Source of the DNA: Spirochaetaceae bacterium
Lineage (GTDB): Bacteria > Spirochaetota > Spirochaetia > DSM-2461
Length of the DNA: 64,000 bases
Reading direction: 5' to 3'
Assembly (NCBI GenBank): GCA_965224705.1
Contig: OZ245056.1
Span: 1,184,001-1,248,000 of the forward strand
Positions 50,289 through 60,461 of this stretch are shown one piece after another. The notes below the pieces were generated by a model. That model was given only the letters and a program-made list of their open reading frames with translations, did no database searches and was not told where the DNA came from. Positions within the stretch are counted from its first letter, which is position 1; every line of letters starts with the position of its first letter. Both the position numbers and the translations under genes were made by a program.

Positions 50289-51356
50289 TCACAATAGTAT
50301 CTTCCCGTTTTCGACTATCGTCCTTCCGTCTAGATAAACAGCACCTTCACTTCTGATATCCTTGACGATATCCCAGTGAATGGCGGATTTGTTCAGTCCG
50401 CCGCATTCCGGATATGCGCGTCCGAGTGCAATGTGGATTGTTCCGAAAATCTTCTCGTCGAGCAGAATATCGTTGCAGAATCGGTTAATCGAATGATTTG
50501 TTCCGATTGCGAATTCACCTATGAGTGAAGATCCTGGATCTCTGGATACTATAGAATTTAGAAACTCGCACTCAGTTGACGATGAGGCATCAGTTAGTCT
50601 GCCGTTCTCCCAGGTCAGCTCCAGTTCATGCATCAGTCTGCCGCTGAGCACTCCGGGATTCTCGAAAAAGATACTGCCGTTGATCGTCGGGCAGACAGGG
50701 GCAGTTGCGATCTCGCCGTCAGGGAGATTGTTTGTTCCGGCAAAAGTTATCCATTTCCGGCCATTAATTGAGAACTGCAGGTCTGTGTTCTTTCCGGTGA
50801 TTTTGATGGTACGGCCTTGTTCGAGTTTGCGGCACCAACCGTCCCATTTGATCGATTCGGATTCCCAGTCGATGAAGCATGCATCAAAGAACATATCGAG
50901 CAGCACTTCATTAGAGGTCCGGGCCTGTTGTGCAAACGCTTCATTCGGCACTCTGATTAGACACCACCTTGTATTTTCCCAACGGGCGGATGATACTACT
51001 CCCATCGCATTTTGGTTTGCTGCCAATTTCTCTGCGGGAATGTCCTGAAGTTCATAAAGATTATGGGCGCCTCGCAGACCGATATATACATCGGCCCACT
51101 CCATTCCGTACATTTCAATTTCAGGTACCCAGGTAATTTGTTGATCATTTCCGTATTCCAGAACGCATCGCCGGAGGGTTTCCGATTTGAGTTGAATCTG
51201 GGGGTAGGCGCCAGCTTTGACTGCTGCTTCGTATACAGCATGCGCAAGCGGCCATGTTTCAATCTCAATCATTGCAATCATTACTCGCTCGCCGGGCTGA
51301 ACTTTCGTGGAATAGTTAATAAGTATCTCGCCCAAACGTTTCCATCTCTTGTCCAT
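50289..51356 (-). CDS. M29 (aminopeptidase T/thermophilic metalloprotease) family protein
   Basis: NLPDGEI, GEFAIGTN, DEKIFGTIHIALG and SAIHWD motifs. Confidence 0.9.
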   Translation of the reverse strand: MDKRWKRLGEILINYSTKVQPGERVMIAMIEIETWPLAHAVYEAAVKAGAYPQIQLKSETLRRCVLEYGNDQQITWVPEIEMYGMEWADVYIGLRGAHNLYELQDIPAEKLAANQNAMGVVSSARWENTRWCLIRVPNEAFAQQARTSNEVLLDMFFDACFIDWESESIKWDGWCRKLEQGRTIKITGKNTDLQFSINGRKWITFAGTNNLPDGEIATAPVCPTINGSIFFENPGVLSGRLMHELELTWENGRLTDASSSTECEFLNSIVSRDPGSSLIGEFAIGTNHSINRFCNDILLDEKIFGTIHIALGRAYPECGGLNKSAIHWDIVKDIRSEGAVYLDGRTIVENGKILL

Positions 51357-51377
51357 TATCTCCCCTGCGCAGATTTC

Positions 51378-52181
51378 TTATCTGATGGATTTTACCTTAT
51401 CCATGAAGTCCTTCACACGCTTTTCATCTACTTCGTTATAAAAATCGCCGTTTCGTTTGAAGGTTGTGGCTGTTACGGTTCCGTCTGCTATTGAAAGCTG
51501 CTCTTCAACATTGGAAAGCCGTACCCCTGTGTTTGCAAATACCGGAGTGTCAGGGATCGCATCTTTGACTTTTTTCAGAGTAGATGCGTCCGTTTCGGCA
51601 CCGGCGGTGAGGCCTGAAACGCAGATGGCATCGGGCAGATGATTGAAAACTGTTGATCGTGCAACATCGGCGATGTCGCGATCTGCAAGATATTGCGCCG
51701 CCTCCGGAACAATATTGAACATGAGCTTTATGTTTTCTCCGCCGATTTCATACTGATGGCGAATGACCTCTCCGCAGTTAGTGTTCCAGAGGCCGAAATC
51801 GCTTGCGTAGACCCCGGAAAAGATTTCCCTTACAAACAGACCGTCTACGGCAACCGCAAGGTCTATAGACGCTTTCGGGTCCCATAGAACATTGACTCCG
51901 TAAGGGATCCTAATTTCCTGTTTCAGTTCGCCGATGATTCTAGCCATGGTTGTGTATGTTATCGGTTCAACTTCGGTAAGATACGGCAGGCTGAATTCGT
52001 TTGAGAACATCACCCCGTCTACGCCCCCATTCTGCAATGCATGCAAATCCGTCCGTGCTTTTTCAATTACCCAGTCGATTCCCTTTTCCTTATTCCAGCC
52101 CGGATCTCCGGGAAGCGCCTGCAAGTGACACATGGCAATTACCGGTTTATTTACATTAAATACCTCGTTGAGCCAATTCAT
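51378..52181 (-). CDS. sgcQ: BtpA/SgcQ-family TIM-barrel protein
   Basis: KPVIAMCHLQALPGDP...FSNEFSLPY...PDAICVSG. Confidence 0.85.
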   Translation of the reverse strand: MNWLNEVFNVNKPVIAMCHLQALPGDPGWNKEKGIDWVIEKARTDLHALQNGGVDGVMFSNEFSLPYLTEVEPITYTTMARIIGELKQEIRIPYGVNVLWDPKASIDLAVAVDGLFVREIFSGVYASDFGLWNTNCGEVIRHQYEIGGENIKLMFNIVPEAAQYLADRDIADVARSTVFNHLPDAICVSGLTAGAETDASTLKKVKDAIPDTPVFANTGVRLSNVEEQLSIADGTVTATTFKRNGDFYNEVDEKRVKDFMDKVKSIR

Positions 52182-52274
52182 ATCTCTTCCTCGTGTACCG
52201 GCTGTTTCAATTATTATATGAGCTAATTCAAAAACTCTCTATAGGTATCAATTAGAAAAGGAATATTGCTACCC

Positions 52275-52512
52275 CTGATGCAAGACGGCAAAAGCGGAGC
52301 GTAGCTGGGCTCCGTGAGCATTTTGACAACGCAGCAGCAGGGAGGCGAGTCGTAGACTCGGCTCCCGAAGAGAGCGCTGAGCGATAGCGAAGAAAAGCCG
52401 CCATGGAGGGCGGCGGAAGCGAACGAAGGCGGCCCTCCAGCAGCAAGCAGGAGGCTTGCTTCTGGAGAGAAGGGCAAGAATCGAGCCGTGAGGCGTAAGT
52501 CCGACAGACTCC
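52275..52512 (+). mobile_element. MITE copy G (long form with nested hairpins, right TIR)
   Basis: Ends GTGAGGCGTAAGTCCGACAGACTCC; core shared with copies A and B. Confidence 0.8.
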
Positions 52513-52587
52513 ACGGAAATCCGTGAAATTTCTGAACTAGCGCTTGTGGACATTGCGCTTACTGCTACCCGCTGATATATTCGGCTC

Positions 52588-53421
52588 ATGAAGCAATTAA
52601 CCCTGACAGGCATGATGCTGGTTTTCAGCACGATATTCCTGTTCGCGCGGGGAATAGACAGCCGGAGCGGGGCAACTACGCTTGCGGAAGACATGGGGAA
52701 TGAACTGACTGCCGAGAACGACTTCCTCTGGGCGGATCTCGCCGCCCATAACGCAGAGAGCGCACGTTCGTTCTATTCCGCTGTATTTGGATGGAATTTC
52801 ACGGCGCATTCCGAATACTCACTGGGCTATCTATCGAATTATCCGATAGTCGGGATCTACGCAATGCCGCCTGAATTCAAGCGGCAATCGCTTCCAGCGT
52901 TCTGGATGAGCTATATCCGGGTGGACGATGTGCGGAAGGTGGTGAGAAATGCGCGTCGGCTTGGTGCCAGGATTGAATTCACAGATAATGCGAACGAGTA
53001 CGGTGCCGCGGCACTGATTCGCGATCCCTTAGGTGCGGGTTTTACCGTTATTGAGAGTAAGGAGAAAGCCTCCCGGCAACAGCGGGTACCGGGCGCATAT
53101 ACGTGGAATGAATTGTTTGTCTCGGATGCTGGTATTGCCATTGATTTTTATACGGCCCTGTTCGACTGGGAAATCGAGAGGCTCGGGTCCGATAGCTATG
53201 GTATCTACAATTCACTCCATGAGCATATTGCAACCATCCACGAAGTGCCCAACGATCTTAAGGGAGACTTCGAGTATTGGGCCGTTTTTTTCTACGTCCC
53301 CAACATTGACCTTGCCCTGGCACGGATAATGGACAACGGCGGCACTGTTCTTTACAGGCAGGACGGGAATGTACTTGTGGCCGATAGGGACGGGGCGGCC
53401 TTCTACATTACCGATAAATAA
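52588..53421 (+). CDS. VOC/glyoxalase-family protein (two domains)
   Basis: WADL...FYSAVFGW...WMSYIRVDD and WNEL...FYTALFDW. The true start may be 52692. Confidence 0.85.
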   Translation: MKQLTLTGMMLVFSTIFLFARGIDSRSGATTLAEDMGNELTAENDFLWADLAAHNAESARSFYSAVFGWNFTAHSEYSLGYLSNYPIVGIYAMPPEFKRQSLPAFWMSYIRVDDVRKVVRNARRLGARIEFTDNANEYGAAALIRDPLGAGFTVIESKEKASRQQRVPGAYTWNELFVSDAGIAIDFYTALFDWEIERLGSDSYGIYNSLHEHIATIHEVPNDLKGDFEYWAVFFYVPNIDLALARIMDNGGTVLYRQDGNVLVADRDGAAFYITDK

Positions 53422-53541
53422 TGCAGGAAAATGGATGGATTGTGCATTCAAAGAGAGTGGATATTGCTGCTGATCCGGCAATTGCGGCCATCAGAATATT
53501 AGATGCTTGCATTGGGCAGTCATTAAAATATATAATGGGTT

Positions 53542-55179
53542 GTGCTGGAAAAAATAACATTGACTTTCGCACAAAGTCTTGACGGGCAAATTGCAACCCT
53601 TGCCGGAGAATCAAGGTACATAAGCGACGAGGGCAGCCTGCATCTTAATCAGAAAATGCGCGGGGAATACGATGCTATTCTCATAGGCATAGGAACACTT
53701 ATTGCCGACGATCCCATGCTCACCTGCCGCATAGGCGAAAACTGCAACCCTCTTAGAGTCATCCTTGATCCCGCCCTTAGAATTCCCTTGAATTCACAGA
53801 TTGCCCAGAGTTCGCCAGACGTCAAGACGTTTGTCTTCTACAATAAGGCATTGCTTTCGGGCGAAAATTCCAGGGATTATCGGGATCGGATAAAGGCCCT
53901 TGAGCAGATGCAAATTATCGCGTATGGGGTTTTGGCCGATGGCGATGGCAGGCTCAATCTGAAACAGGTCCTTACTCAGTTGGGGGAATACGGGATAAAA
54001 AGCCTGATGGTTGAAGGAGGTTCGGCGGTGCTGACCGCCTTCGTCAAAGAGAATCTCTGGACTCATATGGTTATTGTCACTGCCGCGAAAATAATCGGCC
54101 GGGGAATATCCGCATTTGGTAATCTTGGAATAGAATTCCTTGATGATGTTATTATCCCCCGGGTGGAAGACATCTCCATTATGGGAAACGAGGTCTGCTG
54201 GAACCTGCTTAACACTGATGAAAAAAGCACACTGACCAGAACGGTTTACTTTACTGCTCCCGGCACAGTGGAGATACGGACAGACAGGCTGACGGTTCCG
54301 CAGGGCAGAAAAACATTGTTCCGATCGAGAATAATGGGTATCAGTCCGGGAACGGAAAAACAGATTTACCTGGGAAATTTTTTATCTGGCAAACCATCCG
54401 ATCCGACGATAGACTGCATGGATGGCGAGTTTACCTATCCATTCGCCTATGGATACATAAACATTGTAGAAAATGAAGCCGGGACAAGGTTCCTGGGCTT
54501 CCTGCCCCATACGGAACAGGCATTAGCCCATGAAAAAGATCTTTTTTTGCTGAAAGATGATCTGGATGATGAACAGGCGCTTTTCATACCTCATCTGGAA
54601 ACGGCCATATCGATTATACACGACAGTCAGCCAAACCTGGGCGACCGTGTTCTGATTGTGGGAGCCGGTGTCATTGGAACCCTGACCAGCCGTATCCTTG
54701 GAAAAATAATGGGCGTAGACAACCTGGTGTTTGATATTGACCCAAAAAAGAAGCTCTGGTTTCCTGATGGCAATTTCTGCTATGATGCTGAGCAGCTTGC
54801 AGCAGATCAGTTTGATCTGTGCATTGAGGCCAGCGGATCGCCGCAGGGTCTGCAAACCTGCATGGAATACAGCGGACATGAGGGGACGGTAACCGTGGCA
54901 AGCTGGTACGGAGAACTGGAAATACCTCTTAACATGGGTAGCAGTTTTCACTGGAAACGGTTAAAATTGATCAGCAGCCAGGTTTCCAATATGTCACCCC
55001 TAAGGAGCAGCCACTGGAACAAGGCAAGAAGGCTAAGGGTCGCCGCCGATCTCGCGGCAAAGGTAGAAACACAGGACCTGCTGACCCATCGATTCCCTTT
55101 CAGTCAGGCGGTCCGTGCGTACCAATTGCTTGAAAGCAAAGAAAGATATGGCCTGATTGCGTTGGTCCCTGGCAGTTGA
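53542..55179 (+). CDS. RibD C-terminal reductase domain fused to an MDR (Zn-binding dehydrogenase-like) domain
   Basis: AQSLDGQIA, DDPMLT, LMVEGG, then ISPGTE, YPFAYGY, GAGVIG, ISSQV. Confidence 0.85.
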   Translation: MLEKITLTFAQSLDGQIATLAGESRYISDEGSLHLNQKMRGEYDAILIGIGTLIADDPMLTCRIGENCNPLRVILDPALRIPLNSQIAQSSPDVKTFVFYNKALLSGENSRDYRDRIKALEQMQIIAYGVLADGDGRLNLKQVLTQLGEYGIKSLMVEGGSAVLTAFVKENLWTHMVIVTAAKIIGRGISAFGNLGIEFLDDVIIPRVEDISIMGNEVCWNLLNTDEKSTLTRTVYFTAPGTVEIRTDRLTVPQGRKTLFRSRIMGISPGTEKQIYLGNFLSGKPSDPTIDCMDGEFTYPFAYGYINIVENEAGTRFLGFLPHTEQALAHEKDLFLLKDDLDDEQALFIPHLETAISIIHDSQPNLGDRVLIVGAGVIGTLTSRILGKIMGVDNLVFDIDPKKKLWFPDGNFCYDAEQLAADQFDLCIEASGSPQGLQTCMEYSGHEGTVTVASWYGELEIPLNMGSSFHWKRLKLISSQVSNMSPLRSSHWNKARRLRVAADLAAKVETQDLLTHRFPFSQAVRAYQLLESKERYGLIALVPGS

Positions 55180-55181
55180 TT

Positions 55182-55601
55182 ATGTATAAAGTCAGTGTTG
55201 TCGGTTTTTTTTCGGCCATCCATTCTCTTGCCGGGGATGTCCCGGAACGGGAAAAAGTGCCCCATCCCCATGATTACAAACTGGAATGGATTCTGGACAT
55301 AGACCAGCTGGATGAACGCGGTTTCTCGCTGGATATAAGCCTTCTTGAAAAACTGCGGGATGCGGTGTTTGCCGATATTGAAGGGAAGAACCTTAATGCG
55401 CATGAGTATTTTGATCATAAACCGGTCAGCCTGGAAAATCTATGTGATTTTATTTATGGGCATTTATTCAAAGAACTGGCCCAGCGGATACAAGATGGGG
55501 ATATGAAACGCATTTCCTGTATGGAAATCCGTGTTTGGGAGAATGAACAGGCATGGGCAGGCATACGGCGAGAAGGAGAACAGATTGCAGGCGGCAGATA
55601 A
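55182..55601 (+). CDS. 6-pyruvoyl/6-carboxy-tetrahydropterin synthase family (COG0720) variant
   Basis: FSAIH...HPHDY...SLENL...VWENE; no catalytic Cys before HxH. Confidence 0.8.
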   Translation: MYKVSVVGFFSAIHSLAGDVPEREKVPHPHDYKLEWILDIDQLDERGFSLDISLLEKLRDAVFADIEGKNLNAHEYFDHKPVSLENLCDFIYGHLFKELAQRIQDGDMKRISCMEIRVWENEQAWAGIRREGEQIAGGR

Positions 55602-56235
55602 TCAACACCGGAATATTATAATGTCTTCCCAGGCGAAACTGCCGACAGAATTTGGAACGTTTACCATTGTGGGCTTTCTTGAACAGGATTTCGGCAAGGA
55701 ACATTCCGCCATTATCAAGGGCAATATCCATGACGGAGAAGACGTGCCCTGCCGCATTCACTCCGAATGCCACACCGGCGATGTCCTGGGTTCCCTGCGC
55801 TGTGATTGTCGGAAACAGCTTGAAACAGCCCTGCGCTTCATTGAGGCGAATGGTCAGGGCCTTGTTATCTATCTTAGACAGGAAGGCCGAGGCATTGGTC
55901 TGGTAAACAAAATCAACGCTTACCGGCTGCAGGAGGAGGGACTGGACACCGTTGAAGCCAATGAGAAACTTGGACTGCCCCCGGAAGCAAGAAATTATAC
56001 GTTTGCGGCTAGAATACTTAAACTGCTCAACGTAAAGTCCATCAAACTTTTAAGCAACAATCCTGCCAAATTCATGGGCTTGCAGGAGGAGGGAATCAAA
56101 ATTATGGGCCGAATCCCGATTACAATGGAACCGAACAGTTTTAACCGCGACTACCTGCATACCAAAAAGACTAAAATGCATCATAGTTTTGATGACTCAG
56201 AAGAATTTCTTGTTATACAAAGTCATCAGGAATAA
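55531..56235 (+). CDS. ribA: GTP cyclohydrolase II (start uncertain)
   Basis: RIHSECHTGDVLGSLRCDC, QEGRGIGL and LLSNNP motifs. Confidence 0.92.
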   Translation: MFGRMNRHGQAYGEKENRLQAADNQHRNIIMSSQAKLPTEFGTFTIVGFLEQDFGKEHSAIIKGNIHDGEDVPCRIHSECHTGDVLGSLRCDCRKQLETALRFIEANGQGLVIYLRQEGRGIGLVNKINAYRLQEEGLDTVEANEKLGLPPEARNYTFAARILKLLNVKSIKLLSNNPAKFMGLQEEGIKIMGRIPITMEPNSFNRDYLHTKKTKMHHSFDDSEEFLVIQSHQE

Positions 56236-57261
56236 TCACAGGCCGTTTGAAAGCAGATCCTCCAATGCGGTTATGACCGGCTGAAAGGTTTCCTGCCACA
56301 GCGGGTGGGCCTGCCAGCTCTGCCGTGCATTGCAGCTCAAATGATTTTTCCAGTCAGGGTTTTCATAAACCTGAACAAGGATGCTGACTATTTCCAGACG
56401 TTTCCTGGGATTGACCAAAAAGCCGTTTTCACCATGCCGGATAATTTCACTGGCACCGCCGGATATGCCGGCAACCGGAATAACACCATGCTCCATCGCT
56501 TCAATATAGGCTATGCCGTAACCTTCATGCGAGGAAGGCATGAGCATAAGATCGGCGTTCTCCAAAACTTTCTTTTTTTGATCATTTGACACAAGCCCCT
56601 TCAGGACCACCCGGTCTTCCAGCCTGCAGCGTTTTACCAGTCTTTTTATCCTTCTGGTATAGGCCGGTTCAACGGTGTCATCCCCGGCAATGGTGAAGGT
56701 AAAGGGTATATCCGGCAGTTCCGATAATGCCGATAACACATAGTGCATCCCCTTTCGCGGTATAAGATTGCCCAAAAAAAGCAGTTTGAGCGGACCGGGA
56801 TTTCTGCCTGGTTTTCTGCTGATGCCGGTATTCGTGCGTCCAGGAATCGCTACTGCAAAGGGCCCCCTGTAGCGGCCCTTGTTTCTTGCCGATTCTCCGG
56901 TGGACTGTGAGTTGAATACGGCAAAATCCATGGCCTTCAAGAATTTTCGCTCCATAATGCAATGCTTTAGTCTGTCAAAAAAAGGCAGTGCTTCATCGGC
57001 TGCAAGGTGATGAAGCATAGCGACAAGGGGAACATCGGCGCGCAGCCTTTTAAAATGCTTTGTTCTGAAGAAATCGGGGTGACATAACTCGTCAATAATA
57101 TACATGTCGGTTTCCGCGCGGCCTGTCTCTTTATCGCTTGCTCTGGAGACGGTCACATTGTGTCCACGGGTTTTCAGGGCCTGAATGAACTGTCTATCGT
57201 AATAGTAACCGCCGGAAGTTTGATTTATGTCTCCGTCGACAATGAATTCTATACTGGACAT
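56236..57261 (-). CDS. Glycosyltransferase family 4
   Basis: SGGYYYDR, GNLIPRKG and EGYGIAYIEAM motifs. Confidence 0.9.
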   Translation of the reverse strand: MSSIEFIVDGDINQTSGGYYYDRQFIQALKTRGHNVTVSRASDKETGRAETDMYIIDELCHPDFFRTKHFKRLRADVPLVAMLHHLAADEALPFFDRLKHCIMERKFLKAMDFAVFNSQSTGESARNKGRYRGPFAVAIPGRTNTGISRKPGRNPGPLKLLFLGNLIPRKGMHYVLSALSELPDIPFTFTIAGDDTVEPAYTRRIKRLVKRCRLEDRVVLKGLVSNDQKKKVLENADLMLMPSSHEGYGIAYIEAMEHGVIPVAGISGGASEIIRHGENGFLVNPRKRLEIVSILVQVYENPDWKNHLSCNARQSWQAHPLWQETFQPVITALEDLLSNGL

Positions 57262-57290
57262 GAGGAAATAATAGATTTTGCGGCTTCAAT

Positions 57291-57500
57291 GTGTCAAAGG
57301 CTGGAGAAATCATGTATCGCAAGGAAAAACTCCAGATATCGGATCGGGAAGTGGTCAGCCAAATTGAAGAAAACCCTTATTGGCAATATTTTCTGGGCTA
57401 TGAACACTTCACGGAGGAAAACAGGAGGCAGGTCAGTAGAGCTGTATCAGAACTCGTCTTAAGCGGGTTTTCCGCCTTGTCGGCGAACTGAATCCTTCGT
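57291..57500 (+). mobile_element. IS5-family transposase fragment
   Basis: SDREVVSQIEENPYWQYFLG (DUF772-type motif). Confidence 0.65.
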
Positions 57501-57635
57501 TCTGACACAGCCCCAATAATTTTGACACCAAGCGACCCCCTATAGGGGAACCTCTAAAGCTATGACTTGCAGGCTCTGCTGATGAGCGCGGGATTAAATT
57601 CCCAACAGTGCTTATTCTAGGACCTAAGGTTTTAA

Positions 57636-58607
57636 TTATGCTTCCAGCGATATAATTATTTTACCCCTATGCTTTCCTTCTCCAAAATACTGTATTAATT
57701 CAGGGGTTTCACTCAATTTGTAGGGGCCATCAATAACAGGTTTGATTTTTCCCGACTCATAGAGTTCATTGATATACGACAGGTCCTTATTCGGCTTCAA
57801 TGCAACAACAGCCATGCTTTTCTTATAGAATTTTGAAATCCATGGTTTTAGCAAGACCACCTGGAGAAGTCGATTTAAGCTGCCTCCAACTGTGACATAT
57901 TTTCCATGTGCTGAGAGAGAACGGATATAGTCAAATGGGGATCGAGTTGTCTTGGTGTCCAGGATAAGATCATAACACTGCCCGTTTTTAGTAAAGTCGT
58001 TTTTCTTATAATCAATGACTTGATCAAAACCTATTGATGACATCATCCTCAATTTATCCCCAGTATCCACACCTGTAACTTCCGCGCAATATAATTTGGC
58101 GATATTCAGGCCGAAAGTACCCACACCTCCCCCAGCTCCGTTAATCAGGATTTTTTGATTTTTTTGAATTTTTCCAACATCAATCAGCCCCTGTACCGCT
58201 AGCATTGATGCGTGTGAAATTGATGCGGCTTCATCAAAGCTCATTTGTGCGGGCTTATGAACTAAGGCCCGTTCGTCGATGCAGACATACTCGGCGAAAG
58301 CGCCAAAACCATATTCAGAAATATCACCATACACCGCGTCTCCTGTCTTAAACTTCCTTGCATTATGACCAAGTGCTTCAATGACTCCGGACAGTTCCAT
58401 CCCTGGAATTTTTTTCTTTGGCTTCGTTAAGCCAAACATAAGGCGATACAAATATGGTTTGCCCCTCATCAAACTCCAGTCGTAGTCATTTATGGCTGCG
58501 GCATGAACTTTTATCAATACCTCATGCTCTTTGGGAATTGGTTTGTCAATATCTTTTATCTGGAGTGAGTCCGGTCCTCCATATTTTGTCAGTACGATTG
58601 CTTTCAT
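57636..58607 (-). CDS. NAD(P)-dependent alcohol dehydrogenase/quinone oxidoreductase (MDR)
   Basis: YGGPD, GAFAEY and INGAGGGVGTF motifs. Confidence 0.9.
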   Translation of the reverse strand: MKAIVLTKYGGPDSLQIKDIDKPIPKEHEVLIKVHAAAINDYDWSLMRGKPYLYRLMFGLTKPKKKIPGMELSGVIEALGHNARKFKTGDAVYGDISEYGFGAFAEYVCIDERALVHKPAQMSFDEAASISHASMLAVQGLIDVGKIQKNQKILINGAGGGVGTFGLNIAKLYCAEVTGVDTGDKLRMMSSIGFDQVIDYKKNDFTKNGQCYDLILDTKTTRSPFDYIRSLSAHGKYVTVGGSLNRLLQVVLLKPWISKFYKKSMAVVALKPNKDLSYINELYESGKIKPVIDGPYKLSETPELIQYFGEGKHRGKIIISLEA

Positions 58608-58632
58608 AGTTTACACCTAAAACTCTAGGAGT

Positions 58633-58670
58633 GAGCCTCTTCAAAAACTCATCAAATTGAATTGTTTCGT
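58633..58670 (-). mobile_element. IS end fragment, also present at about 41368-41398
   Basis: AATTCAATTTGATGAGTTTTTGAAGAG(A/G)CTC occurs at both sites in opposite orientation. Confidence 0.55.
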
Positions 58671-59080
58671 AATCCGCATTTGAGATCACCATGGAAAAAG
58701 GGTACCATCCGCTACACTGTTTTCAACATAAAGAATACCGGAGGGCCATGAAGACCATATCAGAAATCATCGGTGGAGAGCAAGCCCCCCGCCTGCGGCG
58801 ACAGTCAGAGTGACTAGAGGCCTGGCGCATCCCTGCTTTCTCGCAAGGTGCCTCCTACTTGATGGGCCGGAGGTGATAACACAAGTTATCCCCGGAACGC
58901 ATCAACAGCCGTTAAATGATACTGGCTATAAGGAGAATGTGCACACAATCTGTGTCTCGTCTTTGTAACCAGGACCATTACCCCAAGGAATTAACTCATG
59001 GACAATCACCGCAATGTCTGTAACTTCGATTCCCATCCCGCCGCGAAGGTTCAATACATTTGGATTTACGAAGACTGTAT

Positions 59081-60319
59081 CTAGTGTACAGTAATTTTTA
59101 ATATTGCGCATGTTCTATCACCCATGTTATACTCATTCATGAGGGTATCAAGGAGGGGGGAACATGGGAGTCAAATACAAAATTACATTAACAGATGAAG
59201 AGCGGAAGTACCTGACTGAGATTTCATCAAAAGGGACGAGAGCCGCTCGTACGGTCATTTCGACCAGAGCTATATTACTGCTTGATAGAGGGGATTGCGC
59301 TGAAGAAGAACAGTGGACTGTTGAGAAAGTGTCAAAAGCCCTGGGGAAATCAGTTCGCTCATTGGAATATCTGAAAAAGCGATTTGTCTAGGAAGGATTG
59401 GAGTCTGCCATTACGCGTAAGCAAAGAGAGACTCCGCCAGGAGAAGTTCGTTTCGGTGAAGATTTTGAAGCGAAGTTGATTGCATTGGCCTGTTCAAAAC
59501 CGCCGGAAGGAAGAACGCGCTGGACAATCCGTCTCTTAGCCGAGAAGGTTGTTGAACTGAATACTGCACCTTCAGTATCAACCATGACGGTATGCAAGAC
59601 ATTAAAAAAAACGAATTACAGCCTCACCTGAGCAAATATTGGAAGATTCCACCCGACCAGAATGCCTCTTTTGTCGCTGATATGGAAAAAGTTCTTGATA
59701 TCTATATGCTTGAATACAATAAAAATATCCCTGTCGTATGCATGGATGAATCCAGTGTACAGCTCATCGGAGAAGTCAGCAGTCCAATTCCCGCGAAACC
59801 GGGACATCCGCATTTGATGGATGATGAATACATCAGGAATGGTGTGGCCAATATTTTTATGGAAGTGGAACCTCCTGGAGGGAAGCGTCATGTTGAAATC
59901 ACTCAGAGCCGAACCAAAATCGATTGGGCCAATTTCATCAAGGATATGCTGGATACGCGGTATCCTGATGCTCAGAAAGTCATCCTTGTGATGGATAATC
60001 TGAATACACATTCAATCAGCAGCCTGTATCAGGCTTTTCCAGCAGAACAGGCTCATCGTCTTGCAAACCGCCTGGAAATCCACCATACACCAGAGCATGG
60101 GAGCTGGCTGAATACAGCGGAAATAGAATTAAGTGTCTATAAACGGCAATGTCTCAATCGCCGAATATCAACCATTGAACAGCTGGTTCAGGAAACGAAA
60201 ATGTGAAATCTGGATAGAAATAACTCTGCAAATAAAGTCGATTGGCAGTTTACCACCAGGGATGCTCGGTTAAAACTGAAAAGACTTTATCCGCAGTTTT
60301 AGGGTTTACGAGATGCTAG
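59081..60319 (+). mobile_element. IS630-family element with inactivated transposase
   Basis: HTH part (PPEGRTRWTIRLLA), A9 frameshift site at about 59603, DDE motifs (CMDE, VMDNLNTH, WLNTAEIE), premature stops at 59389 and 60204, CTAG at both ends. Confidence 0.88.
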
Positions 60320-60461
60320 TTGCACTTGGCCAGGTTTTCTAAATGCCCATTGTTTGGTACAATGATACTCATGGGATCCCCCTGAATTGGTAGTGGTTTA
60401 ACGTATTTGACTAAGAAGGGGGGTGTGGTAGAGATTGGACCACCTGCTGGGGAGATAGAAA

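Noticed and set aside
53542..56235. Canonical riboflavin operon or FMN riboswitch
   Set aside because: No deaminase domain, ribE, ribH or ribB, and no recognisable RFN element upstream.
58926..59111. Small gene with an SH3-like NVLNLRGG motif
   Set aside because: Too short, begins inside the IS630 end, and cannot be supported.
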